This document shows positions 17,629 through 26,639 of a stretch of 36,388 nucleotides of DNA, piece by piece. The notes beneath the pieces are model-generated. The model saw nothing but the letters and a program-made list of their open reading frames with translations. It had not been told where the DNA came from and did no database searches. The position numbers and the translations under genes were made by a program. This DNA is from a virus, in UHGV virus genome UHGV-0085232, one strand, 5' to 3'. Position 1 is the first letter of the stretch. Every line of letters starts with the position of its first letter.

Positions 17629-19155
17629 TTATTGAATTGTAGATACGTCAATTTTTCCGCTCATTAAATCGGGAAGTAATGCGTCCCTAAGCTCTGCCAA
17701 GTATTGGTTTTGCATAGTATTTAGCAATGCAATTTGATTTTTCCAAATCATTAGAAAATGTAGCAGTATATCAGGCATTAATTCTTTATCATTACACTTG
17801 AACATAAATTCATTCTTATTTTTAGTAAATTGAATATAATCTTCCACTTCAACATTAATTCCTATCGCTTTCATTCTCTCTTGTATTTGTGCTGAATTTT
17901 CCTTGCTCTCCTTGTATATTTCTTTATCAAATCCTAACTGCTTGGCAATGGTTTCATTTATAACTAATTTGCAAGCGTTTTGCATACGGCTTATATAATT
18001 TATATTATCTGCAATTTCTTGAAAATCTCGGTGTGTTTGTTCCCGTTCCTCAAACTCTATATATTTTGACGGTACTAAAAAATAATTATTTTGTGATATG
18101 ATTTCATTTGGAATGGTTGCTGAAAATTCCGGTTGACTTTGGGGAGCGTTTAATATTTTATTTATGTTTTCATCAGATAAAATATTAAATGTTTTTTTGT
18201 ATGTTCTGTTTGTGTGGCTTGTACCCCCGTATTGTCCGTTTTGTTCTCGTTCCTCTGTTATACAATTCTTTCTGCTGTCAATAAATTTAATAAATCCTTT
18301 ATTTTGTTTATGCTTATTTATAACTAATATGCACGTAGAAATGCTTGTAATTTCAAACATTTTTTCAGGCATAACTGCAACCGTTTCTATCAAATCTTTA
18401 TCTACAAAATATTTTCTTATTTCTTCTTCTGTTCTTTCGCTCAATATCCCGTTTGGTAAAATCATCACCGCCCTATCTGCTCGTGACAGACAATTAAATA
18501 CAAACGCCCAGTTTGCATTACCGGCAGGCGGGATTACCGGAAACATATTATTATTTTCCGATTGCATCGGCAATTTCCATTTAATGTTATAGGGTGGGTT
18601 GCTTATCGCAACATCGCACCTTTGCTTTTCTGCACTTTCTAATTCAGAAAAATCCAAGCATTCAGTAACAAAACTATATTTTTCTCCTTTTTTTAACTTA
18701 TATGCCTTTTTCTTTTCTCTTGTCAGTACATCGCAGTTTACAACATATCCGTTCGCATTAACCAATGCTAAATTAAACAATAAAAAAGGAATTACATTTT
18801 CATCTAATTCCTCGACATAAATGTTTTTTATATTATGATTTCTTATCATTTCAAGTGTCAGTGCTCCGCTTCCGCCGCAACAATCATAAACAGAGTAGCT
18901 TTCTCCTGCAAAAGCCGAAACAAGCTTACAAAGACTTTTAGGTGTGTAATCTTGTTTCTTTTCTGTTCTGTCTGCCTCATAATATTGCCATAACGATTGC
19001 AGCCAATCTTTTTTATCACTTAATATGTGTTTAAACTGCTCATATACGGTTGAGTTATTCTCAATTACGGTTTTCAGCAGTTTATTTCCTATTTCAGATG
19101 TGTTTTTACAGTCTAATATCTCAAATACTTTATTCTTAAATTCTAACAGTTCCAT
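17629..19155 (-). CDS. Orphan N6-adenine DNA methyltransferase, HsdM-like, with an HsdS-like C-terminal helix
   Basis: QDYTP, DCCGGSG (motif I), SNPPY (motif IV); ends LAELRDALLPDLMSGKIDV; start ATG 19155 after GGAG; visibly AT-rich. Confidence 0.85.
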   Translation of the reverse strand: MELLEFKNKVFEILDCKNTSEIGNKLLKTVIENNSTVYEQFKHILSDKKDWLQSLWQYYEADRTEKKQDYTPKSLCKLVSAFAGESYSVYDCCGGSGALTLEMIRNHNIKNIYVEELDENVIPFLLFNLALVNANGYVVNCDVLTREKKKAYKLKKGEKYSFVTECLDFSELESAEKQRCDVAISNPPYNIKWKLPMQSENNNMFPVIPPAGNANWAFVFNCLSRADRAVMILPNGILSERTEEEIRKYFVDKDLIETVAVMPEKMFEITSISTCILVINKHKQNKGFIKFIDSRKNCITEEREQNGQYGGTSHTNRTYKKTFNILSDENINKILNAPQSQPEFSATIPNEIISQNNYFLVPSKYIEFEEREQTHRDFQEIADNINYISRMQNACKLVINETIAKQLGFDKEIYKESKENSAQIQERMKAIGINVEVEDYIQFTKNKNEFMFKCNDKELMPDILLHFLMIWKNQIALLNTMQNQYLAELRDALLPDLMSGKIDVSTIQ

Positions 19156-19262
19156 CTTTTGCTCCGTTTCTTGTAACAAAAAAAGCACTTACTTTCGTAA
19201 ATGCTTGATTTATTTAGTTTTAAAATTTTTGCATTAAAAAAGCACCTAAACGGTGCCGTATA

Positions 19263-19442
19263 TTATGATTTCCTCCTGCATGAACCGAACCGCCAGCAGG
19301 CGCATTGTTTCCCTTTGCACTCAGTCGGCGTTTGCGATTCCTGTAAAGCGTGGGTTTCGGTTGTCATTTTGCCGTCCTCGCTGTATTCGTAATCGTATTG
19401 ATTTATCTGCGTAACTTTTAAATTAAACGGGCAATATTTCAT
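19263..19442 (-). CDS. Small Cys-rich hypothetical protein (59 aa)
   Basis: SD AAGGAG; MKYCPF...C..K.CA.W...C pattern. Confidence 0.65.
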   Translation of the reverse strand: MKYCPFNLKVTQINQYDYEYSEDGKMTTETHALQESQTPTECKGKQCACWRFGSCRRKS

Positions 19443-19489
19443 CGTTCTGCTCCTTTCGGGTATAAAAATACCGCCACTGACAGGCGGTA

Positions 19490-19648
19490 TCAATATTCAT
19501 GGTATTTGCAGTTTTTACAAATCTCTTTCCAGTTTTCTTTTTGCTTGTATTGGTCGGGAATACTTTCATCTCTCGTGTCGCGATTTTCCATGCAATCAAC
19601 CGGAGTGATTTTTTCATCTACAAGAGGACACAGTATTTTATTTTCCAT
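19490..19648 (-). CDS. 52-aa Cys-rich protein, probable orphan immunity protein
   Basis: SD GGAGGTG; MENKILCPLVDEKITPVDCMEN...WKEICKNCKYHEY; overlaps the stop of the upstream fragment; missing from the ORF track. Confidence 0.65.
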   Translation of the reverse strand: MENKILCPLVDEKITPVDCMENRDTRDESIPDQYKQKENWKEICKNCKYHEY

Positions 19649-19815
19649 ATTTTTTTAACACCTCCAACGCATCAATCACTTCTTTTTTAAATTCATCTTT
19701 CTTAAATGAGGTCCGAATATTTTTATCTTTAAGTCCTACATATGTTGCACCGTTCGTTCCATAATAATTTTTATATTCACCATTCCAACGAATTGCAATA
19801 AACTTCGATTCTCTG
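19638..19815 (-). pseudogene. Start-less open frame, probable orphan toxin C-terminal fragment
   Basis: RESKFIAIRWNGEYKNYYGTNGATYV...IRTSFKKDEF...LKKYGK*; no ATG back to the upstream in-frame stop. Confidence 0.55.
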
Positions 19816-19833
19816 TTGTGTATTACACTGTTA

Positions 19834-20040
19834 TCAAACAGTGCATCTATCCAATTGTTTGATTTTTGGTGAAAGAATTTCTTTTATATCCTTATTTTTA
19901 TTTTCTATCCAAATGGCATCGACTTCCGGCTCATTATCCTTTGCCGGTATATACGAAATACACGTTCCAACAATAACGGAATTATCTGTTAACGTAACTT
20001 TGTAGATTCTTCCAACCATATGCTCACTGAAATTAATCAC
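19834..20040 (-). CDS. Probable cognate immunity protein of the MuF toxin
   Basis: 68 aa, coupled to the toxin stop; beta-rich with DNEPE motif. Confidence 0.7.
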   Translation of the reverse strand: MINFSEHMVGRIYKVTLTDNSVIVGTCISYIPAKDNEPEVDAIWIENKNKDIKEILSPKIKQLDRCTV

Positions 20041-21776
20041 TAAATATCACCTCGCGATTTTAATATTTTCTTTTCCATTGATTTTATATCTTTTATAAGT
20101 GATGTTTTACTTGCTTTTTGAGCAAGTAATAAATTAATTCTATCCTCTTTTTCTGCTGCCGTTAATTTTCCCAACCAGCGTGTACATTCCGGAGTGTCAT
20201 AATACTCCATAGCCATTTTCCGTGCATATGTTTTTAATTCATGAATGGTCTTTGTTCTGAGTTGAGTGTGAGTAGGAACTAAATGCTGCCCATTCTTAGA
20301 TGAATGAATATGTGCAGTGTCTGTCAAGGTTTTGAATCCTCGTTTGGTATTTATATTTACACCTATTATATTGTCGGCAACGATTTGCTCTTTGTTTCCT
20401 ACCTTTTTACCTGTACCCGACTTGTTTTTTATTATATTCTCGATTTCTTTATTTGAAACCGTAACATAACTTTTTCCTGCAATGTAATTATTGCTACCGC
20501 GAATATGTTTATCTTGCTTGCCTTGATGCACCTTTATTATACCACCGTTATCTTTGCCTGTCAATCCCTTTTTATTCGCCCAAACCGCTTTAGAGCTTGT
20601 ACTTCTGCCGAAGTTCAGTATGCCGTTTTCGGTTTTTGCCGCAAATGCCTGCTCGCGGAATCTGTCGCGCCTGAGGTCGGTTTGCTTGCAGAAATCGCGC
20701 AGGGTTGCCTCCTGCCGTTTTAGTTTCATGCTCGATACGGTGAACTGTTTTTTTAAGCTTTCCGTTACTTTCGGATCCTTTGAGGTTTTTATCCCTTCAT
20801 CAAGCATAACAAGCTCCTGCTTGGTTTTCCGTATACCGCGCTCAAATCTGCGCTGCATATCCTTACCCTCTGAAACGAGCATTTCCTTGCCGTTGTATGT
20901 AACTTTCTGATTTGCCAATTCTTTTAAGTATTCATCGGTGTATGTGCGCTTGTCGCCCTCAAAGAACATATACCAGTTATGGCGGCAGTTTGGGCCCATG
21001 AATCCGTCAACGGCACCGTAGCCTATATCGTCAAGGGTGAGATAACCCTTTTGTCCCGAAAGGCTCACAATCTGCCCTTGCCACTCCGCGTGTGACGGTC
21101 GGGCATCGTAATGTGCGCTAAGCTCCATTAAATCCGAACCAATCTCATCGGCACGCATTTTTTGAAGTGTTCCGGCTGTCTGATTCACGCCCGTTAAAAC
21201 CGAACGCCGAACCGCAACGTCCATTGAACTGACCCAGCCGCTGGGATAGAGAACTTTAACGCCCTGCTGTGCGGCGGAAATAATGGCGCTCTTAATTGCC
21301 TCCTGATACGAAAATGCGCCGCTTGCCACCTGCATATGCGCAAGGTCACAAGCTGTCAGATACATATTTTGCGTTGTGATTGCCGTGGTTTTGGTAAGGT
21401 TTACTGCCTCGGTCGTAGTCTTTTTGAGTGCTGCGTCTATAATTTGGTGCATTTCGGGAGATATGTTTTTGATTATCTGCGGTTCATATCCGTTTTTGAT
21501 AAGGATTTCATCGTCATAGTCGAATACATCTGTCTGCATATCCTCAAAATCGGCGCAAATTTCACTCTCAAGCCTGCCTGTGTACTCAGCGACTGCCTTT
21601 GTTATGTCCTTGTAAATCATGCCGCACTCTTGCAAACGCTCTGTCTGCCATGACGCAGTGTCGGTTACTCCTGCTTTTACAATCCTGCGTGCAATATCTC
21701 TTAATATGCTCTCGGTCAATTCTTTGTGGACTTTGAGCATATCGAGCTTGTATTCAAGATATTCGGGCGTTATCAT
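20040..21776 (-). CDS. Minor capsid protein (MuF, Phage_min_cap2-like) with a C-terminal Ntox50-like RNase domain
   Basis: SAHYDARPSHAEWQG and GPNCRH MuF motifs; KQDKH...IHSSKNGQHLVP Ntox50 pattern; follows the portal. Confidence 0.85.
   Translation of the reverse strand: MITPEYLEYKLDMLKVHKELTESILRDIARRIVKAGVTDTASWQTERLQECGMIYKDITKAVAEYTGRLESEICADFEDMQTDVFDYDDEILIKNGYEPQIIKNISPEMHQIIDAALKKTTTEAVNLTKTTAITTQNMYLTACDLAHMQVASGAFSYQEAIKSAIISAAQQGVKVLYPSGWVSSMDVAVRRSVLTGVNQTAGTLQKMRADEIGSDLMELSAHYDARPSHAEWQGQIVSLSGQKGYLTLDDIGYGAVDGFMGPNCRHNWYMFFEGDKRTYTDEYLKELANQKVTYNGKEMLVSEGKDMQRRFERGIRKTKQELVMLDEGIKTSKDPKVTESLKKQFTVSSMKLKRQEATLRDFCKQTDLRRDRFREQAFAAKTENGILNFGRSTSSKAVWANKKGLTGKDNGGIIKVHQGKQDKHIRGSNNYIAGKSYVTVSNKEIENIIKNKSGTGKKVGNKEQIVADNIIGVNINTKRGFKTLTDTAHIHSSKNGQHLVPTHTQLRTKTIHELKTYARKMAMEYYDTPECTRWLGKLTAAEKEDRINLLLAQKASKTSLIKDIKSMEKKILKSRGDI
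20536..20564 (-). promoter_or_regulatory. Internal consensus promoter within the MuF-toxin linker
   Basis: TTGACA ggcaaagataacggtgg TATAAT (17-bp spacer, extended TG). Confidence 0.8.
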
Positions 21777-23131
21777 ACTTCGGGCACTCCTTCATTTTTT
21801 GCCGCGTTTGCCTTTGCCGTTTTTTCATCTTCGCCGAAATACCACATACGAAATTCCCATGCTTGCATTATCCCGGCTGAAACAAGCTGCATTTTCTCGG
21901 TAAATTCCACGCGCCTGTCCGCTACAATGCTGTCATCAAACTCGAATGAGATGTCATATTCACCCTGCGGCGCTAAAGAGTAGAGCGTTGCAAGTACGTC
22001 CATTGCATATATAAGGTCGGATAAAGCTGTTTTCAGTGCGTTTTGTATATCGCATACGTGTACATAACTGCGCTCTTTCGATGAGCGTATTTCCTCGGCT
22101 GTTTTGTCGGCATAGTTGACGTCCGAAAGTGTGCCGTAAGCAAGCCCGACGTTAAACTCAATCTTGCGGAGTATTGTATTCAACCCCGAAATTATGTTTT
22201 CTTCGCGAAGTGTCGGTGTCCAGTCCTCGAACAGTGATTCGTCTGCATTAAGCATACGGTATAAACGCTTGTTCGGTATTTCATATTTGCCTGTCGTGCT
22301 GTCTCTTTTGAGCGCCATATCATCAACGTATAACGCACGCTCGCCGCTCTCAAACTCCCATAAGAGCCGTGAAAACTGTATGTCGGCTTGCTTTATCAGC
22401 TCGATTGCCTTGGCATATACCGATACACCGATGTGTGACGCACCGTCAATCGGGTTTGCCATAGGCATTTTGAAATATGCAAATAAAGGCTTGTCTACTC
22501 CGTCAATAGAAGTGGTAGGAGAGAGATCCGCCCATTCTTCGACCTCTGTCAAAGATGTGCGCTTTCCTATATCGCTTTCCGATGTGCTGACGTATACGCG
22601 GTTATCTATCACATATTTGCTTTTCTCAAAGCGGTGGTATTCAAGGCGTGTGTAAATCTTGTTGCCCTTGTATTTCTTGTCCATGAAAACAGCCCCGGTA
22701 ATATCTCCGGAGCTGTTAAAACAGGTAGGAATAAAGCTGTCGGCTTGTACATAGTCCACGTTTATGTCCTTACCCGATATGTATGGTTTTAAGATGATAC
22801 CGCCCTTTGCACAGGCGTATTCGGTAACGTTTCTAAGGTCGGGGAGTATACGAATATACTGTTCATTCAGAAAATCCGCCCGTATACTGCCCGAAATCTC
22901 CGACTTCATCTCGACTGTCACAAGCCTTGCAAGCTCCGTTGCAATCGATGACGGCAGATTAAGGCTCTTTGTGTCCTCATCAAGCCAGTCGGCATGGTTT
23001 TTGTATAGCTTTGTCCATAGTGCTATGGCATAGTTCATCTTATCCGATATTGCTATATCGGTGTTTAATATTTTCTTTAAATCATCTTTGCGTATCGTTC
23101 TGATCACCCTCTTTAAAAAATCAATTATCAT
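21773..23131 (-). CDS. Portal protein (A118/SPP1 gp6-like)
   Basis: YTRLEYH, GVSVYA, GLAYGTLS and FDDSI motifs; follows the terminase. Confidence 0.9.
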   Translation of the reverse strand: MIIDFLKRVIRTIRKDDLKKILNTDIAISDKMNYAIALWTKLYKNHADWLDEDTKSLNLPSSIATELARLVTVEMKSEISGSIRADFLNEQYIRILPDLRNVTEYACAKGGIILKPYISGKDINVDYVQADSFIPTCFNSSGDITGAVFMDKKYKGNKIYTRLEYHRFEKSKYVIDNRVYVSTSESDIGKRTSLTEVEEWADLSPTTSIDGVDKPLFAYFKMPMANPIDGASHIGVSVYAKAIELIKQADIQFSRLLWEFESGERALYVDDMALKRDSTTGKYEIPNKRLYRMLNADESLFEDWTPTLREENIISGLNTILRKIEFNVGLAYGTLSDVNYADKTAEEIRSSKERSYVHVCDIQNALKTALSDLIYAMDVLATLYSLAPQGEYDISFEFDDSIVADRRVEFTEKMQLVSAGIMQAWEFRMWYFGEDEKTAKANAAKNEGVPEV

Positions 23132-24325
23132 TTAATCAAACCTTCTTCTCAAAATCGTATTGCAGAAATACCGCATATCGTCCATTGCGTGGTCGTTTTC
23201 TTTGATAACCTTGTCGGTCGTACTCTTATCGTCCCAACTGTATATTTGCAGTTCGCGTATACAATCGGCGCATGAAGAATGTATTTTGAGTTTGCCCGAG
23301 CCTATGAGCGAACCTGTTAAGCGTATGCCGTCCAATACATCGTTGTTTGCCTTTTTAACGTTAAATCTACCATGCCTGCGGATAAGAGTAATAAAACTTG
23401 CCGCCGAAGGATCAACAACAATGCACTCGATATTTGTATCTCCTGCCAATGCTTCAAGCTGTGCGTAGTATTCATCGTCTGTAAGCTGTCGGCGCTGTTC
23501 TCGGGAATTGAAATAATACTCTCTTATCCGAACAGCTGTTTGTTCTCTGTAATTTACGCCCCACAATCCCATAGAACACGGATTTATAGTTCCGTAGTCA
23601 ATGGAAATATAGTATTCGTCATATCTGTCCGCCACCGTGTCTACAACGTTTTTTGCTTTGTCGAACATAGGATATACAATACCCTCTGCCAATACCCATT
23701 TACCGAGAATAAAGCGGTCGTAAAATACCCCCTGATTCTCTTTTTTTATCTCTTCCACATACTGAGGGGATAGTGTAGTGTTATCATCTATCAGGAATTG
23801 TACAAGCAGCAGGTCAAGCTCATTCTCGCGGTCGATATATCCGACTTTAAGCCAATGATTCGGGCTGTCGGGGTTTGTGGTTGCGAAAAGCTTTGCATTT
23901 TCCTCCGAAAGACGGGATAAAAGCATACTGAAAAAATCCTCGGTGAAGAGTGTCAGCTCGTCACAATATGCACCCTGCAATGTCATACCTCGTATTTTGC
24001 TTTCTGCTCTGGCATCGTTCACGCCCTCTAAATATATTTTTCTGCCGAACAGCCAACCTTGCTTTTGCGACAGGGAATACTGAAAGTTTTTTCGCCCGAC
24101 AAGTGACTCCAATAAGTCAAGACAGTTACGTTTTAGAGATGTCAGCGTTTTTGCAACCATAAGATAGGATTTATCAATAGGGGAGACGGCCACCCAGAAC
24201 GCCCATAATACAAGGCTTATCCATGTTTTGCCGCTTCTTATGCTTCCATGCAGTATATTCAAGCGTTTTAGCCTGTTTTCTTTAAAAATCCGCATGAGTT
24301 CGGCTTGTTTTGCCGTATATATCAT
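23132..24325 (-). CDS. terL: Terminase large subunit (PBSX family)
   Basis: GSIRSGKT Walker A, AYCDE Walker B, TTNP, IDYG and DHAMDD motifs. Confidence 0.95.
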   Translation of the reverse strand: MIYTAKQAELMRIFKENRLKRLNILHGSIRSGKTWISLVLWAFWVAVSPIDKSYLMVAKTLTSLKRNCLDLLESLVGRKNFQYSLSQKQGWLFGRKIYLEGVNDARAESKIRGMTLQGAYCDELTLFTEDFFSMLLSRLSEENAKLFATTNPDSPNHWLKVGYIDRENELDLLLVQFLIDDNTTLSPQYVEEIKKENQGVFYDRFILGKWVLAEGIVYPMFDKAKNVVDTVADRYDEYYISIDYGTINPCSMGLWGVNYREQTAVRIREYYFNSREQRRQLTDDEYYAQLEALAGDTNIECIVVDPSAASFITLIRRHGRFNVKKANNDVLDGIRLTGSLIGSGKLKIHSSCADCIRELQIYSWDDKSTTDKVIKENDHAMDDMRYFCNTILRRRFD

Positions 24326-24696
24326 GATTCCCTCAATCCTTTCAAAAGCTCTGCGATTATGCCGGTATCATTTTCAGTCTCCGGCTTATCCAGTCCAAGC
24401 ATACGTGCCATTAACTCCAATGCTTTAATTTTATCCGTTGCCTTTATATTATCCACATCAAGGTCTACAAAGCCGATTGACTTTAGCTGGTCTATAATAT
24501 CACCGCGTGTAATTTCTGCGCGCTCCTGTCCTTCTTTTTGCCGCTTTTGTATATATTCCTGCAGTTCAGGTTTTCTCAGGTTTTCATCACCTATCGAATA
24601 GGCTGTTTTCTCCGAATATCCTGCCCGTATCGCCGCTTGTGTTGCGTTTAAATCAATTAAATATTCATCACAAAATTTTTTCTGTTTGTCGGTCAA
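24322..24696 (-). CDS. terS: Terminase small subunit
   Basis: KQKKFCDEYLIDLNATQAAIRAGYS signature. Confidence 0.95.
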   Translation of the reverse strand: MTDKQKKFCDEYLIDLNATQAAIRAGYSEKTAYSIGDENLRKPELQEYIQKRQKEGQERAEITRGDIIDQLKSIGFVDLDVDNIKATDKIKALELMARMLGLDKPETENDTGIIAELLKGLRES

Positions 24697-24877
24697 TCCT
24701 CACCACCTCACAAAATGTATTTACTGCATAGTCCCGCCCCGCTATAAATCAAACAGTATTCTATCCCTTTTATCCAAAATTTCAACGAAAAAAGCGCCCA
24801 TAAAAATGAACGCTTATTCCGATATTGTCAATACAAAACTATAAAGGAAGTATTTTTTTATACTTATCCACAATACT

Positions 24878-24906
24878 ATTTTACCACATATAGTGTCCCG
24901 TGTCAA
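24878..24906 (-). promoter_or_regulatory. Late promoter
   Basis: TTGACA-17-TAAAAT with extended TG; GACAC direct repeat; overlaps the stop of the late regulator. Confidence 0.7.
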
Positions 24907-25334
24907 GCATTTTCTTGAAATTTATACAAAATATTGTTTCCAAGTGCCTCTAATGCTTGATATTTTCTGTGTTTGCGCAGTAATTCAGGGGCTATACGTA
25001 ATCTTATCCCTATGTAGTTCCAATCCCTATATTCCAGATACCGCAATCGCAGCAGTTCCCGATATACGTAACAGTCCACCTGATTGATTGCAGTTTCGAC
25101 TTCGTGCCGTATGTCAATATATTCATCAATTGCCTGATTTATCATCTCGGCATAGTCCGCATATGCGACCATTTTATCCTCTGTAGCATTTGTTTGGCTT
25201 GTCTGTACTCGTTCATTGCCTGTATCAATCGCACCGCCACAAAGCGAATTTAAGGCTATTTGACGTTTGAATTTTAAATCTTCCACGCGATCATCGGCTT
25301 TTTTTACCCTCTGCAACCATTCTTCGACTGTCAC
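24903..25334 (-). CDS. Late transcriptional regulator (RinA/ArpU/DUF1492-like)
   Basis: LRLRYLE..W..I C-terminal HTH; last early gene before terS. Confidence 0.75.
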   Translation of the reverse strand: MTVEEWLQRVKKADDRVEDLKFKRQIALNSLCGGAIDTGNERVQTSQTNATEDKMVAYADYAEMINQAIDEYIDIRHEVETAINQVDCYVYRELLRLRYLEYRDWNYIGIRLRIAPELLRKHRKYQALEALGNNILYKFQENA

Positions 25335-25338
25335 TGTA

Positions 25339-25644
25339 TCACCCTTTCTTATATTTGGGACACTGCCTTACCATGTAGCTCCCCTCGATTTTTGTTGATT
25401 TTTTCGCCCTCCAACCTTTGACAGGCTTTAGTTTACTGCTCCAACGGCAATTTCCGCAGGCGTTTGCACAATCCCAACACAATGTATAATCTACACCCGG
25501 TATAGGTTTGCTTTTTGCCTGATTGACTTTTTCTTCATATGCCTTTTCCCGATGTTGTGCACAACAGTATCGCTGAAAATTACGTGTCTTGGCAAATCTC
25601 TTACCACAGTACGGGCATGTTTTTACATCGTCCACTTTAATCAT
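25339..25644 (-). CDS. Zinc-finger hypothetical protein
   Basis: CPYCG...YCC..H and LCWDC..AC..C.WS motifs. Confidence 0.7.
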   Translation of the reverse strand: MIKVDDVKTCPYCGKRFAKTRNFQRYCCAQHREKAYEEKVNQAKSKPIPGVDYTLCWDCANACGNCRWSSKLKPVKGWRAKKSTKIEGSYMVRQCPKYKKG

Positions 25645-25729
25645 CTCCCAACATCACAATACACATCAATCCTGCACCGGTAAAGAATCCGACTATTACG
25701 CCCAGTACGGTTAATATTATTTCGGTCAT
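25637..25729 (-). CDS. 30-aa membrane peptide (DUF3789-like)
   Basis: MTEIILTVLGVIVGFFTGAGLMCIVMLGDD; SD GGAGGAG. Confidence 0.55.
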   Translation of the reverse strand: MTEIILTVLGVIVGFFTGAGLMCIVMLGDD

Positions 25730-25735
25730 ATGTAA

Positions 25736-25990
25736 TCACTCCTCCGTCATTTCTTTTACGGTCCGATTTTCAAACTTTTTATAAGCGTCAAGATACCATT
25801 CTTTTTTGTCACCGTTATATGTAAGTTCATAATACATTCCGTCAAATAACGTGCTTGAAAGTAGATATTTCCAATTTTGTAAAGCCTTAGCTTTCCAAAC
25901 TGTAAACACTGAAAAATCGGGTGTTTCGTCAGATTTATCCAAGTGTTCTAAGATATATTTTTTTACTATTTGAATTGCTTTTTCGTCCAT
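25736..25990 (-). CDS. DUF6275-like protein
   Basis: VWKAKALQNWK..LSST..DGMYYELTYNGDKKE.YLDAYKK.EN. Confidence 0.8.
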   Translation of the reverse strand: MDEKAIQIVKKYILEHLDKSDETPDFSVFTVWKAKALQNWKYLLSSTLFDGMYYELTYNGDKKEWYLDAYKKFENRTVKEMTEE

Positions 25991-25991
25991 T

Positions 25992-26402
25992 TTATTTTTC
26001 CTCCGTCATTTCTTTTACAAGGTCGGGTATATCCGCAGTACGGATTACACCGTTTCGAGACTTGTCAATAATTAATTTTGCAAATTCCTTTATTGCCTCA
26101 GCCCCAATATCCTTTATTAACTTGTCATAATCATTAAGCGTATGTGTAAAAACCAGCGAATCGCCGATAGCAACACAATTACCGTATTCCTCATATGGAT
26201 TTTTCTGTTTTAATTCCACTTTCAACTTCTCAATCTCTTCCTTTTGGCGCTTGATGAGGTCAAGGGCTTCTTTGCGACACCTATTAACACACCCACCATT
26301 CCCTGGTTTATAAACTATATTACCATATGGACATTGGAAGCAATCGTCCCCATCATCAGTTGCGCAACACCCCAAAGCCTTTATAATCTGTTCATCTGTC
26401 AT
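25992..26402 (-). CDS. Hypothetical phage protein
   Basis: MTDEQIIKAL.CC...C..CPY...ALDLI.RQK.EIE and EAIKEFA motifs; SD GGAGG. Confidence 0.7.
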   Translation of the reverse strand: MTDEQIIKALGCCATDDGDDCFQCPYGNIVYKPGNGGCVNRCRKEALDLIKRQKEEIEKLKVELKQKNPYEEYGNCVAIGDSLVFTHTLNDYDKLIKDIGAEAIKEFAKLIIDKSRNGVIRTADIPDLVKEMTEEK

Positions 26403-26625
26403 TATGTGTATTCCTCCAATTCCGCATTTCACAATACATGAAATTTGCAATGTTTGCCAACACTTCTTTCAAAACCCAAACCCACACTATCGGAAATAAA
26501 ATAGATAAGAATGCTATTTTTTCAAGTGCGTTACGCCCCAATCTTCGTGTCTTTTTAGAACAATGCCACAGCCAAAAAACCAAAGTTAATACAGCTCCTA
26601 CTATATAACCTATCAAATAAATCAT
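26392..26625 (-). CDS. Hypothetical membrane protein
   Basis: Two TM segments; SD GAGGTG. Confidence 0.6.
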   Translation of the reverse strand: MIYLIGYIVGAVLTLVFWLWHCSKKTRRLGRNALEKIAFLSILFPIVWVWVLKEVLANIANFMYCEMRNWRNTHNDR

Positions 26626-26639
26626 TCTGTATCACCTCG

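Noticed and set aside
19423..19617. 64-aa minus-strand ORF in the track
   Set aside because: Lacks an SD, crosses a terminator hairpin and overlaps the better-supported 19490..19648 ORF.
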